A stretch of 64,000 nucleotides of DNA from an uncultured virus (IMG/VR IMGVR_UViG_3300017978_000236) (taxonomy: Duplodnaviria > Heunggongvirae > Uroviricota > Caudoviricetes > Crassvirales), in IMG/VR virus record IMGVR_UViG_3300017978_000236; one strand, given 5' to 3'. The position numbers and the translations under genes are program-made. Below the pieces are notes generated by a model. That model saw nothing but the letters and a program-made list of their open reading frames with translations. It was not told the origin of the DNA and made no database searches. Shown piece after piece: positions 1 to 9,444 of the stretch. How positions within the stretch are numbered: the stretch's first letter is position 1; every line of letters starts with the position of its first letter.

Positions 1-201
1 AAAACCAAAGATATAGCTAAAGTCTCTTCTGTAAAAAAGTTAAATGTAAAAAGAGAGGGATCTAAAAAAGTATTTGTTAAGAAAGTCGACAAGAAAGCAA
101 ACTATTGGATGTATCTTTGGTTTTTATTACCTGTAGTATTAATATGGTTATTAGAAAGATATGGTAAGTATCTATTTCCATTTTTAAAGTTTTTTAAATA
201 A
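1..201 (+). CDS. Partial CDS (5' truncated), C-terminal transmembrane segment; possible unimolecular spanin-like lysis protein
   Basis: Frame 1 is open to TAA 199-201 and reads ...KKANYWMYLWFLLPVVLIWLLERYGKYLFPFLKFFK, a hydrophobic stretch flanked by basic residues. Confidence 0.45.
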   Translation, partial: KTKDIAKVSSVKKLNVKREGSKKVFVKKVDKKANYWMYLWFLLPVVLIWLLERYGKYLFPFLKFFK

Positions 202-207
202 AATAAC

Positions 208-215
208 TATATTTG
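208..215 (+). promoter_or_regulatory. Bacteroidota sigma70-type -7 element
   Basis: TATATTTG(CA) matches TAnnTTTG, 25 nt upstream of the ORF at 241. Confidence 0.65.
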
Positions 216-240
216 CATACTAATTTAATTAAATAAACAC

Positions 241-519
241 ATGAAAGACAAAAAAATTTCAGATATGGTTGAAAATCGTATCACAGAACATCAATTAGGA
301 AAGTTACGTAACTTCGAAGAATCATTTGCTAAAGGCAGAGATATGATTGGAGGAATGACTCTTCAATATGAGTTTCAAAAATCTTCTTTATTAGCTCAAA
401 TCGCAGAGCTTGACAAAGACTTTCAAAAACTTAAGTCAGATTTAAAAGATCAATACGGAGATATTGATATAGATTTGACCACTGGAGTCTATACCGTTAA
501 AGAGGTTACAGAAGAATAG
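241..519 (+). CDS. Hypothetical coiled-coil protein
   Basis: 92-aa ORF between a promoter and a terminator. Confidence 0.75.
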   Translation: MKDKKISDMVENRITEHQLGKLRNFEESFAKGRDMIGGMTLQYEFQKSSLLAQIAELDKDFQKLKSDLKDQYGDIDIDLTTGVYTVKEVTEE

Positions 520-524
520 AGAAC

Positions 525-548
525 AAGCCATCCTAACCGATGGCTTTT
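525..548 (+). terminator. Intrinsic terminator
   Basis: AAGCCATC-CTAACC-GATGGCTT hairpin followed by a short T run. Confidence 0.6.
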
Positions 549-561
549 AAAATTTAATACA

Positions 562-777
562 ATGCAAGAAATAAGAAAAGTCAGCATAGGGAATGACTAC
601 AAAAACTCTATGCATTATGTTGTTGGTCAAACTGTGTTTGGAAATTACGTAATACACACAATACAAAGAGTAGATACTGGTATATTAATCTGGATAGAAA
701 AAGACAAGGAAGTTGTTTGTTGGAAAGAGATAAACAATTATGTCCCTATGGCTTTAGAATTTAATATCAATTTCTAA
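562..777 (+). CDS. Conserved phage hypothetical protein
   Basis: 71 aa, IRKVSIGNDYKNSMHYVVGQ motif; translationally coupled (TAATG) to the next gene. Confidence 0.75.
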   Translation: MQEIRKVSIGNDYKNSMHYVVGQTVFGNYVIHTIQRVDTGILIWIEKDKEVVCWKEINNYVPMALEFNINF

Positions 778-1358
778 TGAGATCTCCATATAACTTTATA
801 GTATCTCCTCTTGGGGATAATTACAATAATACTAAAAAGATAGGTGGAAAAGATGTTATCATAAATACATCACTAGAATCGGCTAAGTATGTTAATAGAT
901 TAGCTGTAGTAATAGAAACACCTCATCATTATAATGGAGATGTTGAACCTGGCGACATAGTTGTAATACATCATAATGTATTTAGAACTTATCACGATAT
1001 GAAAGGTAGGCAAACTAAATCTCCAGAGTTTTTTAGAGATGACTTGTATATACTAAGTCCAGAAAGGATTTATTTGTACAAAAGAAACGGTATATGGAAC
1101 TCACATTTAAACTATTGTTTTGTAAAACCAATTGCTACTATACAGAATGAAAGTCTTCACATAGTCGACAAAGAAGAGAAGCATGTTGGTATAATAGTTT
1201 ACCCAAGCAAAAATCAAATTAAAAACTTAAACTTAAATAGCGGAGACATGGTGGCTTTCACCAAGAATAGCGAGTATGAGTTTGAGATAGATGATCTGAA
1301 AATGTACAGAATGTACGATAGAGACGTTGTAATCGAATTAAATAATTATGTTGTATAA
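777..1358 (+). CDS. GroES-like co-chaperonin, apparently two tandem GroES-like folds
   Basis: AVVIETP...VEPGDIVVIHHNVF and CFVKP...GIIVYP...SGDMVAF..NSEYEFEIDDLKMYRM each resemble a GroES beta-barrel. Confidence 0.6.
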   Translation: MRSPYNFIVSPLGDNYNNTKKIGGKDVIINTSLESAKYVNRLAVVIETPHHYNGDVEPGDIVVIHHNVFRTYHDMKGRQTKSPEFFRDDLYILSPERIYLYKRNGIWNSHLNYCFVKPIATIQNESLHIVDKEEKHVGIIVYPSKNQIKNLNLNSGDMVAFTKNSEYEFEIDDLKMYRMYDRDVVIELNNYVV

Positions 1359-1641
1359 CCATCAAGAATTAAAGCAAATGATTATAGACGCTGCTTATAA
1401 GTCTGTAATCGAGTTAGTTAAAGTATTGGCTGATGAAATTATATCTGACGATAACATAGATGATGTGTCAGCTGATAAAATGAGGAACGCTGTATTAGCT
1501 AAGAAAACAGCTTTAGATGACGCATTCTATATATTATCAAAGATAGAGAGCGAACAAAAAATACTTGAGGGTACAGATAAAGAAGAAGTAGATGAAATCA
1601 AATTCCAATCTTTTGCAGAAAAACGAAGTAAAGGAAGATAA
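1348..1641 (+). CDS. Putative terminase small subunit
   Basis: Small helical protein overlapping the start of the large terminase; positional inference. Confidence 0.5.
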   Translation: MLYNHQELKQMIIDAAYKSVIELVKVLADEIISDDNIDDVSADKMRNAVLAKKTALDDAFYILSKIESEQKILEGTDKEEVDEIKFQSFAEKRSKGR

Positions 1642-3859
1642 TAGTATTTTTAGAATTGTAAACAAAATACAATCTAAAGACGTTGATAGATTAAACAAGA
1701 AGAAAGAATGGAAGTATGGATATAATCCAGAGTTCGATGTTGTTGTTATATCTAAAGACGGTACTATTGGAGAGGTATATGAAATTCAAGGATTACATAT
1801 AGCACTTCCTTCAACACCAAAGAGTGTTTATAAAAGAGACAGAAAGAAAGAGGAACAGTATTGGGAACCTTTTGAGTATCCTAAAGAGCTACAAAAAATA
1901 ACGTCTGTATTTCAATGGAATGAATATCCAAATGAATTTAAAAATAAATATGTAGACTACATTGAGAATGAGTTTGATAGACGAGAAGAAGGGTTCTGGT
2001 TTATGAATAATGGAACTCCTTGCTATGTAACTGGTACTCATTACATGTATCTACAATGGACTAAAATAGATGTTGGTCACGCTGAATTTAGAGAGGCTAA
2101 TAGAGTGTTCTTTTTATTCTGGGAGGCTTGTGTTGCTGACGAAAGAAGCTACGGAATGTGCTATTTAAAGAATAGACGTTCTGGTTTCTCATTTATGTCT
2201 TCGGCAGAATTAGTTAATACAGCTACTCTAGCAAGAGATAGTCGTATTGGTATTCTATCTAAGACAGGTTCAGATGCTAAGAAAATGTTTACTGATAAAG
2301 TTGTTCCAATCTCTGGTAATTATCCATTCTTTTTTAAACCAATTATGGATGGTATGGATAAGCCAAAGACAGAATTAGCTTATCGTGTACCAGCTTCTAA
2401 AATTACAAAGAACAACATGTCATCTTTAAAGGATGATGTTGATGGATTAGATACTACTATTGACTGGAAGAATACCGCAGACAACAGTTATGATGGGGAG
2501 AAATTATTAAGACTAGTTCATGACGAGAGTGGTAAATGGGAGGTTCCTAATAATATCTTAAATAACTGGAGGGTTACTAAAACATGTTTACGTTTAGGTA
2601 GAAGAATCATTGGTAAATGTATGATGGGTTCTACTTCGAACTCTATAGCAAAAGGTGGTGGGAATTACAAGTCTTTATATAACGATTCAGATGTTACAAA
2701 GAGAAATGCAAATGGACAGACACTTAGTGGACTTTATGCTTTATTTATTCCAATGGAGTGGAATTTTGAAGGATACATTGACATATATGGTCAACCAGTC
2801 TTCAGAACGCCTGAGAAGCCTATTAGGGACATTCAGGGAGGCTTTATTTACACAGGAGTAATAGACTACTGGGAGAACGAAGTTAGTGCCTTAAAAAACA
2901 ATTCTGATGCTTTGAACGAATTCTATAGACAATTTCCAAGAACAGAGAGTCACGCATTTAGAGATGAGGCTAAAAACTCATTGTTTGATTTGTCAAAGAT
3001 ATATGAGCAAATAGACTACAATGATGGATTAGAGATAAACCAAATTGTGAACACGGGTAAATTTGCTTGGAAGAACGGTGTTAAAGATAGTGAGGTTATA
3101 TGGACTCCAAATAGAGATGGTAACTTTAAAGTAACTTGGTTTCCAAATAAAGAAAATACAAATGTTGTAGATATGAAGAACGGTAGGAGACATCCTGCTA
3201 ATGCACATATAGGCGCTTTTGGTTGTGATACTTATGATATATCTGGAGTTGTAGGTGGTGGAGGGTCTAAAGGTTCTTTACATGGTCTTACGAAGTTTAA
3301 CATGGAGGATGCACCGAGTAATTTCTTTTTTTTAGAATACATAGCAAGACCTAGGACTGCTGAAGAGTTTTATGAAGATTGTTTGATGGCTTGTGTGTTT
3401 TATAGTATGCCTATATTAATTGAGAACAACAAGGTTGGTCAGTTAAAGTATTTTTATAATAGAGGATATGATAAGTTCTGTCTAAGAAGACCAGATAAAC
3501 ACAAGAATGATTTGAGTCAATCTGAGAAAGAGCTAGGAGGTATACCTTCGTCTATGCAAGTAATTGAGCTTCACGCAAATGCAATTGAGGCTTACATAGA
3601 TCAATATGTCGGAATCGATTACAGTGGTCAGTTCAGAGAAGCTGGTAAGATTGGTAATATGTATTTCAATAGAACTTTACTTGATTGGGCTAATTATGAC
3701 ATTTCTAACAGAACAAAATTTGATGCTTCTATTAGTAGTGGTTTTGCGATTATGGCTAATCAAACTTATGTAGTTAAGCCAATTAGAAATAATAAAGAAA
3801 TATTGTTTAATTTTGCAAGATATTCCAATAAAGGATTACAAAGCGAATTATTAAAATAA
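1592..3859 (+). CDS. terL: Terminase large subunit
   Basis: Walker A-like KNRRSGFS, Walker B LVHDESGKW, coupling motif MMGSTSN, RNase H-like GCDTYD and IENNK. Confidence 0.92.
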   Translation: MKSNSNLLQKNEVKEDNSIFRIVNKIQSKDVDRLNKKKEWKYGYNPEFDVVVISKDGTIGEVYEIQGLHIALPSTPKSVYKRDRKKEEQYWEPFEYPKELQKITSVFQWNEYPNEFKNKYVDYIENEFDRREEGFWFMNNGTPCYVTGTHYMYLQWTKIDVGHAEFREANRVFFLFWEACVADERSYGMCYLKNRRSGFSFMSSAELVNTATLARDSRIGILSKTGSDAKKMFTDKVVPISGNYPFFFKPIMDGMDKPKTELAYRVPASKITKNNMSSLKDDVDGLDTTIDWKNTADNSYDGEKLLRLVHDESGKWEVPNNILNNWRVTKTCLRLGRRIIGKCMMGSTSNSIAKGGGNYKSLYNDSDVTKRNANGQTLSGLYALFIPMEWNFEGYIDIYGQPVFRTPEKPIRDIQGGFIYTGVIDYWENEVSALKNNSDALNEFYRQFPRTESHAFRDEAKNSLFDLSKIYEQIDYNDGLEINQIVNTGKFAWKNGVKDSEVIWTPNRDGNFKVTWFPNKENTNVVDMKNGRRHPANAHIGAFGCDTYDISGVVGGGGSKGSLHGLTKFNMEDAPSNFFFLEYIARPRTAEEFYEDCLMACVFYSMPILIENNKVGQLKYFYNRGYDKFCLRRPDKHKNDLSQSEKELGGIPSSMQVIELHANAIEAYIDQYVGIDYSGQFREAGKIGNMYFNRTLLDWANYDISNRTKFDASISSGFAIMANQTYVVKPIRNNKEILFNFARYSNKGLQSELLK

Positions 3860-3861
3860 AT

Positions 3862-6285
3862 ATGAGTCAAGACTTTTCATTACCTAACGTATATTTTCCA
3901 GATCAATTAGCTGACGACAATACAAAGTTGAGCGAAGAATATGGTAGAAGTGTAGGACATGCAATACAGGGGGAGTGGTTTAGAAAAACTTCTTTAAATG
4001 GTTCTAGATTTTATACAAATAGAGATCACTTTCACAAATTAAGATTATACGCTAGAGGAGAGCAATCTGTTCAAAAGTATAAAAAAGAAATGAGTGTCAA
4101 TGGTGATATTTCATATCTTAATGTTGACTGGACTCCAGTACCAATTATACCTAAGTTTGTAGATATTGTTGTTAACGGAATGTCTAATAGACAATACGAA
4201 GTTAAAGCTGAGGCTATAGATAGTATGTCTTCTATGAAAAAAGGAGCATACAAGATTGAAATAGAAAAAGCTATGGTTGGTAAGAACGTATTAAAAGACG
4301 CTAAGGAATTACTTGGTGTAGATATGTATCCAATACCAGAAGAAAACATGCCAGCTGATAAGCAAGAATTAGATCTTCACATGGAGTTCTATAAAGATGA
4401 AGTTGAGGTTGTTGAAGAAAAAGCTATTGACAATGTTTTAAAACTAAACAACTACGATTTAATTAAAAGAAGAATAGATGAAGATGCAACTGTTTTAGGT
4501 ATATCAGCTGCTAAACATTCATTCGATACTCATAATGGTATTAAGATAGAATACTGTGATCCAGCCAATATGGTCTGGTCTCCAACAGAAGATCCTACAT
4601 TTGAGGATTGTTATTATTTTGGAGAGGTAAAGAATGTAAATATAACAGAATTAAAAAAAATAAATCCTAATTTAAGTCAAGAAGATATTAAAGAGATATC
4701 AAAACTAGCTTCAAAATGGGACGCTTACCAAAATATACAAGGAGGAAATTCAACTGGAGGTAACTTAAATAACAATAGCGCAACTTTGCTATTCTTTGCT
4801 TTTAAAACAGATATGAATATCGTTTACAAAAAGAAAAAGAACGGTAATGGTGGTGAAAAAGTAATTAAAAGAGACGATTCATTCCAAGGTCCTAAAACTG
4901 GTGAAGCTCAATTTGAGAAATTATCTAAAAGAATTGATGTTTGGTTTGAAGGTATATTAGTAATGGGTACTAACCACATACTTAAGTGGGAGGTTATGAA
5001 GAACATGGTTAGACCAAAGTCTTCTATATCAAAAGTATATGCTCCTTACGTATTATCTGCACCTAGAATGTATAGAGGTTCAATTGATTCTTTAGTTAAA
5101 AGAATGATTCCTTTTGCCGATCAAATACAATTAACACACTTAAAATTACAACAAGTAATTTCTAGTATGAAACCTGATGGTGTTTACTTAGATATAGACG
5201 GATTAAATTCTATCAACCTAGGTAACGGTATGACTTACACACCAGAAGAGGCTTTAAATTTATATTTCCAAACTGGTAGTGTTATTGGTAGAAGTATGAC
5301 TGAGGATGGTGAATTCAATAATGGTAAAATACCAGTGCAAGAATTAACCGCTTCTGGAGCTAATGCTAAGATACAGTCTCTTATAGGAATGTACAATCAA
5401 TACTTAGGTATGATTAGAGCGGTAACTGGATTAAATGAGGCTAGAGATGGAAGTATGCCAGACGAAAATAGTTTGGTTGGTACTCAGAAGTTAGCAGCAT
5501 TAAATTCAAATACAGCTACAAGACATATTCTTCAAAGTGGTATTTTTACAACAAGAAGACTTGCTGAATGTATTTGCTATAGAATGTCTGATGTATTAGA
5601 GTATTCTGATATGAAAGAAGACTTTGCCAATATGATTGGAGGAAGTTCTATGGATGTTATTGAGAAAATAAAAGATTTGCATTTATATAATTTTGGTATT
5701 TACATTGATTTAATGCCAGATGAGGAAGAAACTCAAATGCTTAATCAAAACATACAAGCCGCACTAGCTGCTGGTAAAATTGATATTGATGATGCTATTG
5801 ATATTAGAAACGTTAAAAACGTAAAAATAGCTTCTCAATTATTAAAAGTAAGAAAGAAGAAGAAAGAGGAGAGAGACCAAGAGAATCAAAAGAAAAATTA
5901 CGAGTCTCAGGCACAAGCACAAGCTCAGTTAGCAGAAGCTACTTCTCAATCTAAAATGCAGTTGGTTCAAGCAGAGTCTCAATCTGATATTCAATTAGAA
6001 CAATTGAAACATCAAAACGAAATGGAGAAGCTTAGAATGGAGTTTGAAATGAAAGCTGAATTAATAAAGCTTCAAGAAGGAATGAAGTCTGAGATTAAAC
6101 AAAGCGAGATGGCTATGTTAAATCAAAAGGAACAAGAAAGAGAAGACAGGAAAGACAAAAGAACAAAGCTTCAAGCAACTCAACAATCTAAAATGATTAA
6201 ACAAAGAGCTAAAGATGAAGATGCTATAGACTTTGAAGAAGAAGAAGATTTAATGGGTATAGACGACTTATTTAGTGGTATTTAA
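3862..6285 (+). CDS. Portal protein
   Basis: 807 aa directly after terL; WTPVPIIPKFVDIVVNG motif; long C-terminal coiled coil. Confidence 0.88.
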   Translation: MSQDFSLPNVYFPDQLADDNTKLSEEYGRSVGHAIQGEWFRKTSLNGSRFYTNRDHFHKLRLYARGEQSVQKYKKEMSVNGDISYLNVDWTPVPIIPKFVDIVVNGMSNRQYEVKAEAIDSMSSMKKGAYKIEIEKAMVGKNVLKDAKELLGVDMYPIPEENMPADKQELDLHMEFYKDEVEVVEEKAIDNVLKLNNYDLIKRRIDEDATVLGISAAKHSFDTHNGIKIEYCDPANMVWSPTEDPTFEDCYYFGEVKNVNITELKKINPNLSQEDIKEISKLASKWDAYQNIQGGNSTGGNLNNNSATLLFFAFKTDMNIVYKKKKNGNGGEKVIKRDDSFQGPKTGEAQFEKLSKRIDVWFEGILVMGTNHILKWEVMKNMVRPKSSISKVYAPYVLSAPRMYRGSIDSLVKRMIPFADQIQLTHLKLQQVISSMKPDGVYLDIDGLNSINLGNGMTYTPEEALNLYFQTGSVIGRSMTEDGEFNNGKIPVQELTASGANAKIQSLIGMYNQYLGMIRAVTGLNEARDGSMPDENSLVGTQKLAALNSNTATRHILQSGIFTTRRLAECICYRMSDVLEYSDMKEDFANMIGGSSMDVIEKIKDLHLYNFGIYIDLMPDEEETQMLNQNIQAALAAGKIDIDDAIDIRNVKNVKIASQLLKVRKKKKEERDQENQKKNYESQAQAQAQLAEATSQSKMQLVQAESQSDIQLEQLKHQNEMEKLRMEFEMKAELIKLQEGMKSEIKQSEMAMLNQKEQEREDRKDKRTKLQATQQSKMIKQRAKDEDAIDFEEEEDLMGIDDLFSGI

Positions 6286-6293
6286 AATATTCA

Positions 6294-6301
6294 TAACTTT
6301 G
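6294..6301 (+). promoter_or_regulatory. Bacteroidota -7 promoter element
   Basis: TAACTTTG(CA) upstream of the scaffold and capsid genes. Confidence 0.65.
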
Positions 6302-6329
6302 CAAAAAATTTAATTTAATATTTAATATA

Positions 6330-7439
6330 ATGGAAGGATTTACTTTTAAAGTCTTAGATGACGATGGTGAAGTACAAAATCAAGTTATTAGCAATCAAGT
6401 TGAAGACGAGGTTGTAGATAACGAGTTAGAAACTGTAGAAACAGTTGAAGATGATTCACAAGTAGAAGAGACGCAAGTTGAAGATACAGAGGTAGAAGAA
6501 ACACAAGTAGAAGATGTTCAATCACAAGACATCGATGACGCTAGAGTATTAAGCTACTTAAAAGAAAGATATCAAAAAGAGTATGACTCTTTAGATGAAG
6601 TTCTTACACAAAAAGAAAAAGCTGAGTTACCAGAAGACATTAAGAAATTAATGGAGTTTGGTGTTGACAATTATCTTAAAATAAATAGAGATTGGAACTC
6701 AGAGAATGATGCTACTATTCTAAAAGAATATTACAAGCAAACAAAACCTCATCTAGATGATGAAGACATTAATTATTTATTAGAGGAAGAGTATTCTTAC
6801 GATGAAGATATTGATGACGATAGAGATATCAAAAAGAAAAAGGTTGCGTTAAAAGAAGAATTGTTTAGAGCTAAAAGTTATTTAAATGATTTAAAGGAAC
6901 AATATAAGGTTGATCTAGGGTCTAGGTCTACTGAAGTTCCAGAGGATTATAAAGAAGCTTTTAATTTCTATCAAGAATATACCGAGAACTCGAAGAAAGA
7001 ATCAGAGATTGCTCAACAAAAGTCTAGTGTATTTTTAGACAAGACCAATAGATTATTTAATAGTGAATTCAAAGGTTTTGAATTTAATCTAGGAGATAAG
7101 AAACAGGTTTTCAAACCTAGCGATGTGCTAGAAACTAAAAATGCTCAATCAGATATTAGCGGTATTATCGCTAAGCATTTAGATGAGAATGGATATTTAA
7201 AAGACGAACACCAGTATCACAAAGCTCTAGCTATGTTTAGAGACCCAGATGGTTTCGCTAAGTTCTTTTATGAACAAGGCAAGTCAGATGCAACTGGAAA
7301 CGTAATTAAAGATGCAAAAAACATTGAGATGTCTGTAAGAGACAATAAGGATGTGACACCAAAGGGTGATGGTCCTAAAATGAGAGTGATTCCTAGCGAT
7401 GATTTTGAGGGTGGTATGAAAATTAGAAAAAGAAAATAA
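6330..7439 (+). CDS. Putative capsid scaffolding protein
   Basis: Highly acidic N-terminus with QVEETQVED-type repeats; lies between portal and capsid genes. Confidence 0.65.
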   Translation: MEGFTFKVLDDDGEVQNQVISNQVEDEVVDNELETVETVEDDSQVEETQVEDTEVEETQVEDVQSQDIDDARVLSYLKERYQKEYDSLDEVLTQKEKAELPEDIKKLMEFGVDNYLKINRDWNSENDATILKEYYKQTKPHLDDEDINYLLEEEYSYDEDIDDDRDIKKKKVALKEELFRAKSYLNDLKEQYKVDLGSRSTEVPEDYKEAFNFYQEYTENSKKESEIAQQKSSVFLDKTNRLFNSEFKGFEFNLGDKKQVFKPSDVLETKNAQSDISGIIAKHLDENGYLKDEHQYHKALAMFRDPDGFAKFFYEQGKSDATGNVIKDAKNIEMSVRDNKDVTPKGDGPKMRVIPSDDFEGGMKIRKRK

Positions 7440-7461
7440 TAATTAAACACAAACACAAAAC

Positions 7462-8829
7462 ATGGCTCAAGCTGTAAATTTTACAAGTAATGCTATCACT
7501 GGTGGAGCTCAATTAACTCCAGCTCCAGTTAAAGCTACATTATCTACTAACTATGTAGGTACATTTGACTTTTTGTCACATGAATTACCAGACCTTTACG
7601 AAAAAGAATTCGAAAGATTTGGAAATCGTTCTATCGCATCTTTCTTACGTTTAGTAGGTGCTGAAATGCCTTCTACTTCTGATTTGATAAAATGGAGTGA
7701 GCAAGGTCGTCTTCACGTATTTGGAACTGCTACTAAAGCAACTTCATCTACTATTACTTTTGGTGCTGCTCATAACGTACGTTTAAACCAAACTGTAGTT
7801 ATTAGTGATACTTCTAACGGAGTTACTATTAAAGCTTTAGTTACTGCTATTGATGCTGACGGTGTAACAATTACTGTTGCTCCTTATAGCGCTGCTAACT
7901 TAGCTGCTTTAAGTACTGTTTCTGGTGCTTTGAAAGTATTTGTTTACGGTTCTGAATTCAAAAAAGGAACAGGCGGAATGGCTGGTTCTTTGGAAGCTCA
8001 ATCTGACATCTTAGAAACTAACCCAATTATCATCAAAGATAAGTATGAGGTTAACGGTTCTGATATGGCTCAAGTTGGTTGGATTCAAGTTACAACTGAA
8101 AATGGTGCTGACGGATACTTATGGTATTTGAAATCTGAGCATGAAACTCGTTTACGTTTCGAAGATTACTTAGAAATGTCAATGGTTGAAGGTGAGCCTG
8201 CTGCTGCTGGTTCTGCTGTAGCTGCTGCTGGTTACAAAGGTACTAAAGGTTTGTTCTACGAAATCGCTAATAGAGGTAACGTTGGAACAGGTGCTATCAC
8301 TGATAGAACTGACTTAGAAAACATTATCAAAGTGTTGGATAAAGAAGGTGCTATTCAAGAAAACGTATTGTTTGTTAACAGAAAAACATCTTTCGAGATT
8401 GACACTGTATTAGCTGCTCAAAATAACTTCGGTTCAAGTGGAGCTTCTTACGGATTGTTTGACAACGAACAAGACATGGCTTTGAATCTTGGTTTTAAAG
8501 GATTTAACTTAGGTTATGATTTCTACAAAACTGACTGGAAATATTTGAACGATGCTACAACTAGAGGTTCTATCTCTGACATCGATGGTGTATTAGTTCC
8601 TGCTGGAACATTGACTGTTTATGACCAAGTTCTTGGTAAAAATGCTAAACGTCCATTCTTACACACTCGTTACAGAAAATCTGAAACAGAAGATAGAAAA
8701 TACAAATCTTGGATTGTAGGATCTGCTGGAGGAGCTTCAAACTCTGACATCGATGCTATGTCTGTTAACTTCTTATCTGAAAGAGCTTTAGTTGTTTTAG
8801 GTGCTAACAACTTTATGTTGTTGAAATAG
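7462..8829 (+). CDS. Major capsid protein (crAss-like HK97 fold)
   Basis: 455 aa, WSEQGRLH motif, strongly biased codons (GCT, TTC, AAC, CGT), followed by a terminator. Confidence 0.88.
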   Translation: MAQAVNFTSNAITGGAQLTPAPVKATLSTNYVGTFDFLSHELPDLYEKEFERFGNRSIASFLRLVGAEMPSTSDLIKWSEQGRLHVFGTATKATSSTITFGAAHNVRLNQTVVISDTSNGVTIKALVTAIDADGVTITVAPYSAANLAALSTVSGALKVFVYGSEFKKGTGGMAGSLEAQSDILETNPIIIKDKYEVNGSDMAQVGWIQVTTENGADGYLWYLKSEHETRLRFEDYLEMSMVEGEPAAAGSAVAAAGYKGTKGLFYEIANRGNVGTGAITDRTDLENIIKVLDKEGAIQENVLFVNRKTSFEIDTVLAAQNNFGSSGASYGLFDNEQDMALNLGFKGFNLGYDFYKTDWKYLNDATTRGSISDIDGVLVPAGTLTVYDQVLGKNAKRPFLHTRYRKSETEDRKYKSWIVGSAGGASNSDIDAMSVNFLSERALVVLGANNFMLLK

Positions 8830-8857
8830 TAGTTAATAACTTTTTATTAATATCATT

Positions 8858-8884
8858 AAGGGTAGACTTCGGTTTACCCTTTTT
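8858..8884 (+). terminator. Intrinsic terminator after the capsid gene
   Basis: AAGGGTAGAC-TTCG-GTTTACCCTT followed by a T run. Confidence 0.85.
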
Positions 8885-8934
8885 GTTTTATATTTGTACT
8901 GTAATGTTTTATTTTAAAGACTCTCATTTTTTTT

Positions 8935-8973
8935 AAACCACTAATTAGTTAATTCTTTTTAGTGGTTTTTTTT
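8935..8973 (+). terminator. Second intrinsic terminator insulating the tRNA operon
   Basis: AAACCACTAA...TTAGTGGTTT followed by a long T run. Confidence 0.7.
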
Positions 8974-9000
8974 GTTATATAAAAATAAGTTGTATATTTG
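8971..9000 (+). promoter_or_regulatory. Promoter of the leader/tRNA operon
   Basis: TTTG at 8971-8974 (-33) and TATATTTG at 8993-9000 (-7); ATG follows 4 nt later, which suggests a leaderless mRNA. Confidence 0.75.
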
Positions 9001-9004
9001 CACA

Positions 9005-9076
9005 ATGAAAAATACAAAAAACAATAGTCTACGTCACCCGCAACAAGATAATCTCTTGGGTGGAATTGGTGTGTAG
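9005..9076 (+). CDS. Attenuator leader peptide, 23 aa (MKNTKNNSLRHPQQDNLLGGIGV)
   Basis: ATG 9005 to TAG 9074-9076; consecutive CTA CGT CAC CCG CAA CAA at 9029-9046 match the downstream tRNA anticodons. Confidence 0.8.
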   Translation: MKNTKNNSLRHPQQDNLLGGIGV

Positions 9077-9131
9077 TATTGTTATAAAAATATATTTGAA
9101 CCAAAGCCATCCATATCGGGTGGCTTTTTTT
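9035..9131 (+). promoter_or_regulatory. Transcription attenuator with mutually exclusive 1:2, 2:3 and 3:4 hairpins
   Basis: 1:2 is CACCC/GGGTG plus AAGA/TCTT; 2:3 is TGGGTGG-AA-TTGGT (9057-9070) with ACCAA-AG-CCATCCA (9100-9113); 3:4 is the terminator. Confidence 0.75.
9103..9131 (+). terminator. Conditional (attenuator) terminator just before the first tRNA
   Basis: AAAGCCATCC-ATATC-GGGTGGCTTT, ending in a 7-T run. Confidence 0.85.
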
Positions 9132-9135
9132 ATTT

Positions 9136-9208
9136 CGCGTAGTGACAAAATTGGTTACGTGCCCGCCTTGGAAGCGGGAGACTGTAGGTTCGAGTCCTGC
9201 CTATGCGA
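9136..9208 (+). tRNA. tRNA-Pro(TGG)
   Basis: Acceptor CGCGTAG/CTATGCG; anticodon arm CCCGC-CTTGGAA-GCGGG; T arm GTAGG-TTCGAGT-CCTGC. Confidence 0.9.
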
Positions 9209-9213
9209 CAAAA

Positions 9214-9285
9214 TACAGTATGATGCAATGGTTAGCATACGAGATTTTGACTCTCGCTATCTAGGTTCGAGTCCTGGTACTGTAA
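9214..9285 (+). tRNA. tRNA-Gln(TTG)
   Basis: Acceptor TACAGTA/TACTGTA; anticodon arm CGAGA-TTTTGAC-TCTCG; TTCGA T loop. Confidence 0.9.
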
Positions 9286-9290
9286 CAAAT

Positions 9291-9364
9291 GGTGTTATTG
9301 CGCTTAACGGCAAGGCGGTTGGACTGTGAATCCAATTATATGAGTTCGAATCTCATATAACACC
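9291..9364 (+). tRNA. tRNA-His(GTG)
   Basis: G-1:C73 identity pair; acceptor GTGTTAT/ATAACAC; anticodon arm TTGGA-CTGTGAA-TCCAA. Confidence 0.9.
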
Positions 9365-9367
9365 CAA

Positions 9368-9442
9368 TTTAGTATAGTTCAATGGATAGAACAACAAGCT
9401 ACGAACTTGTAAATGGGAGTTCGAGTCTCTCTACTAAAACCA
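9368..9442 (+). tRNA. tRNA-Arg(ACG)
   Basis: Acceptor TTTAGTA/TACTAAA with encoded CCA; anticodon arm ACAAG-CTACGAA-CTTGT. Confidence 0.9.
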
Positions 9443-9444
9443 AT

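Noticed and set aside
9074..9142. Possible amber read-through of the leader, or genome-wide TAG recoding as in some crAss-like phages
   Set aside because: Long genes are intact in the standard code, the capsid and nozzle genes end in TAG, and no suppressor tRNA is present.
9060..9329. 89-aa ORF in the track
   Set aside because: It overlaps the attenuator and three well-formed tRNAs and has a GTG start; the credible ORF is 9005-9076.
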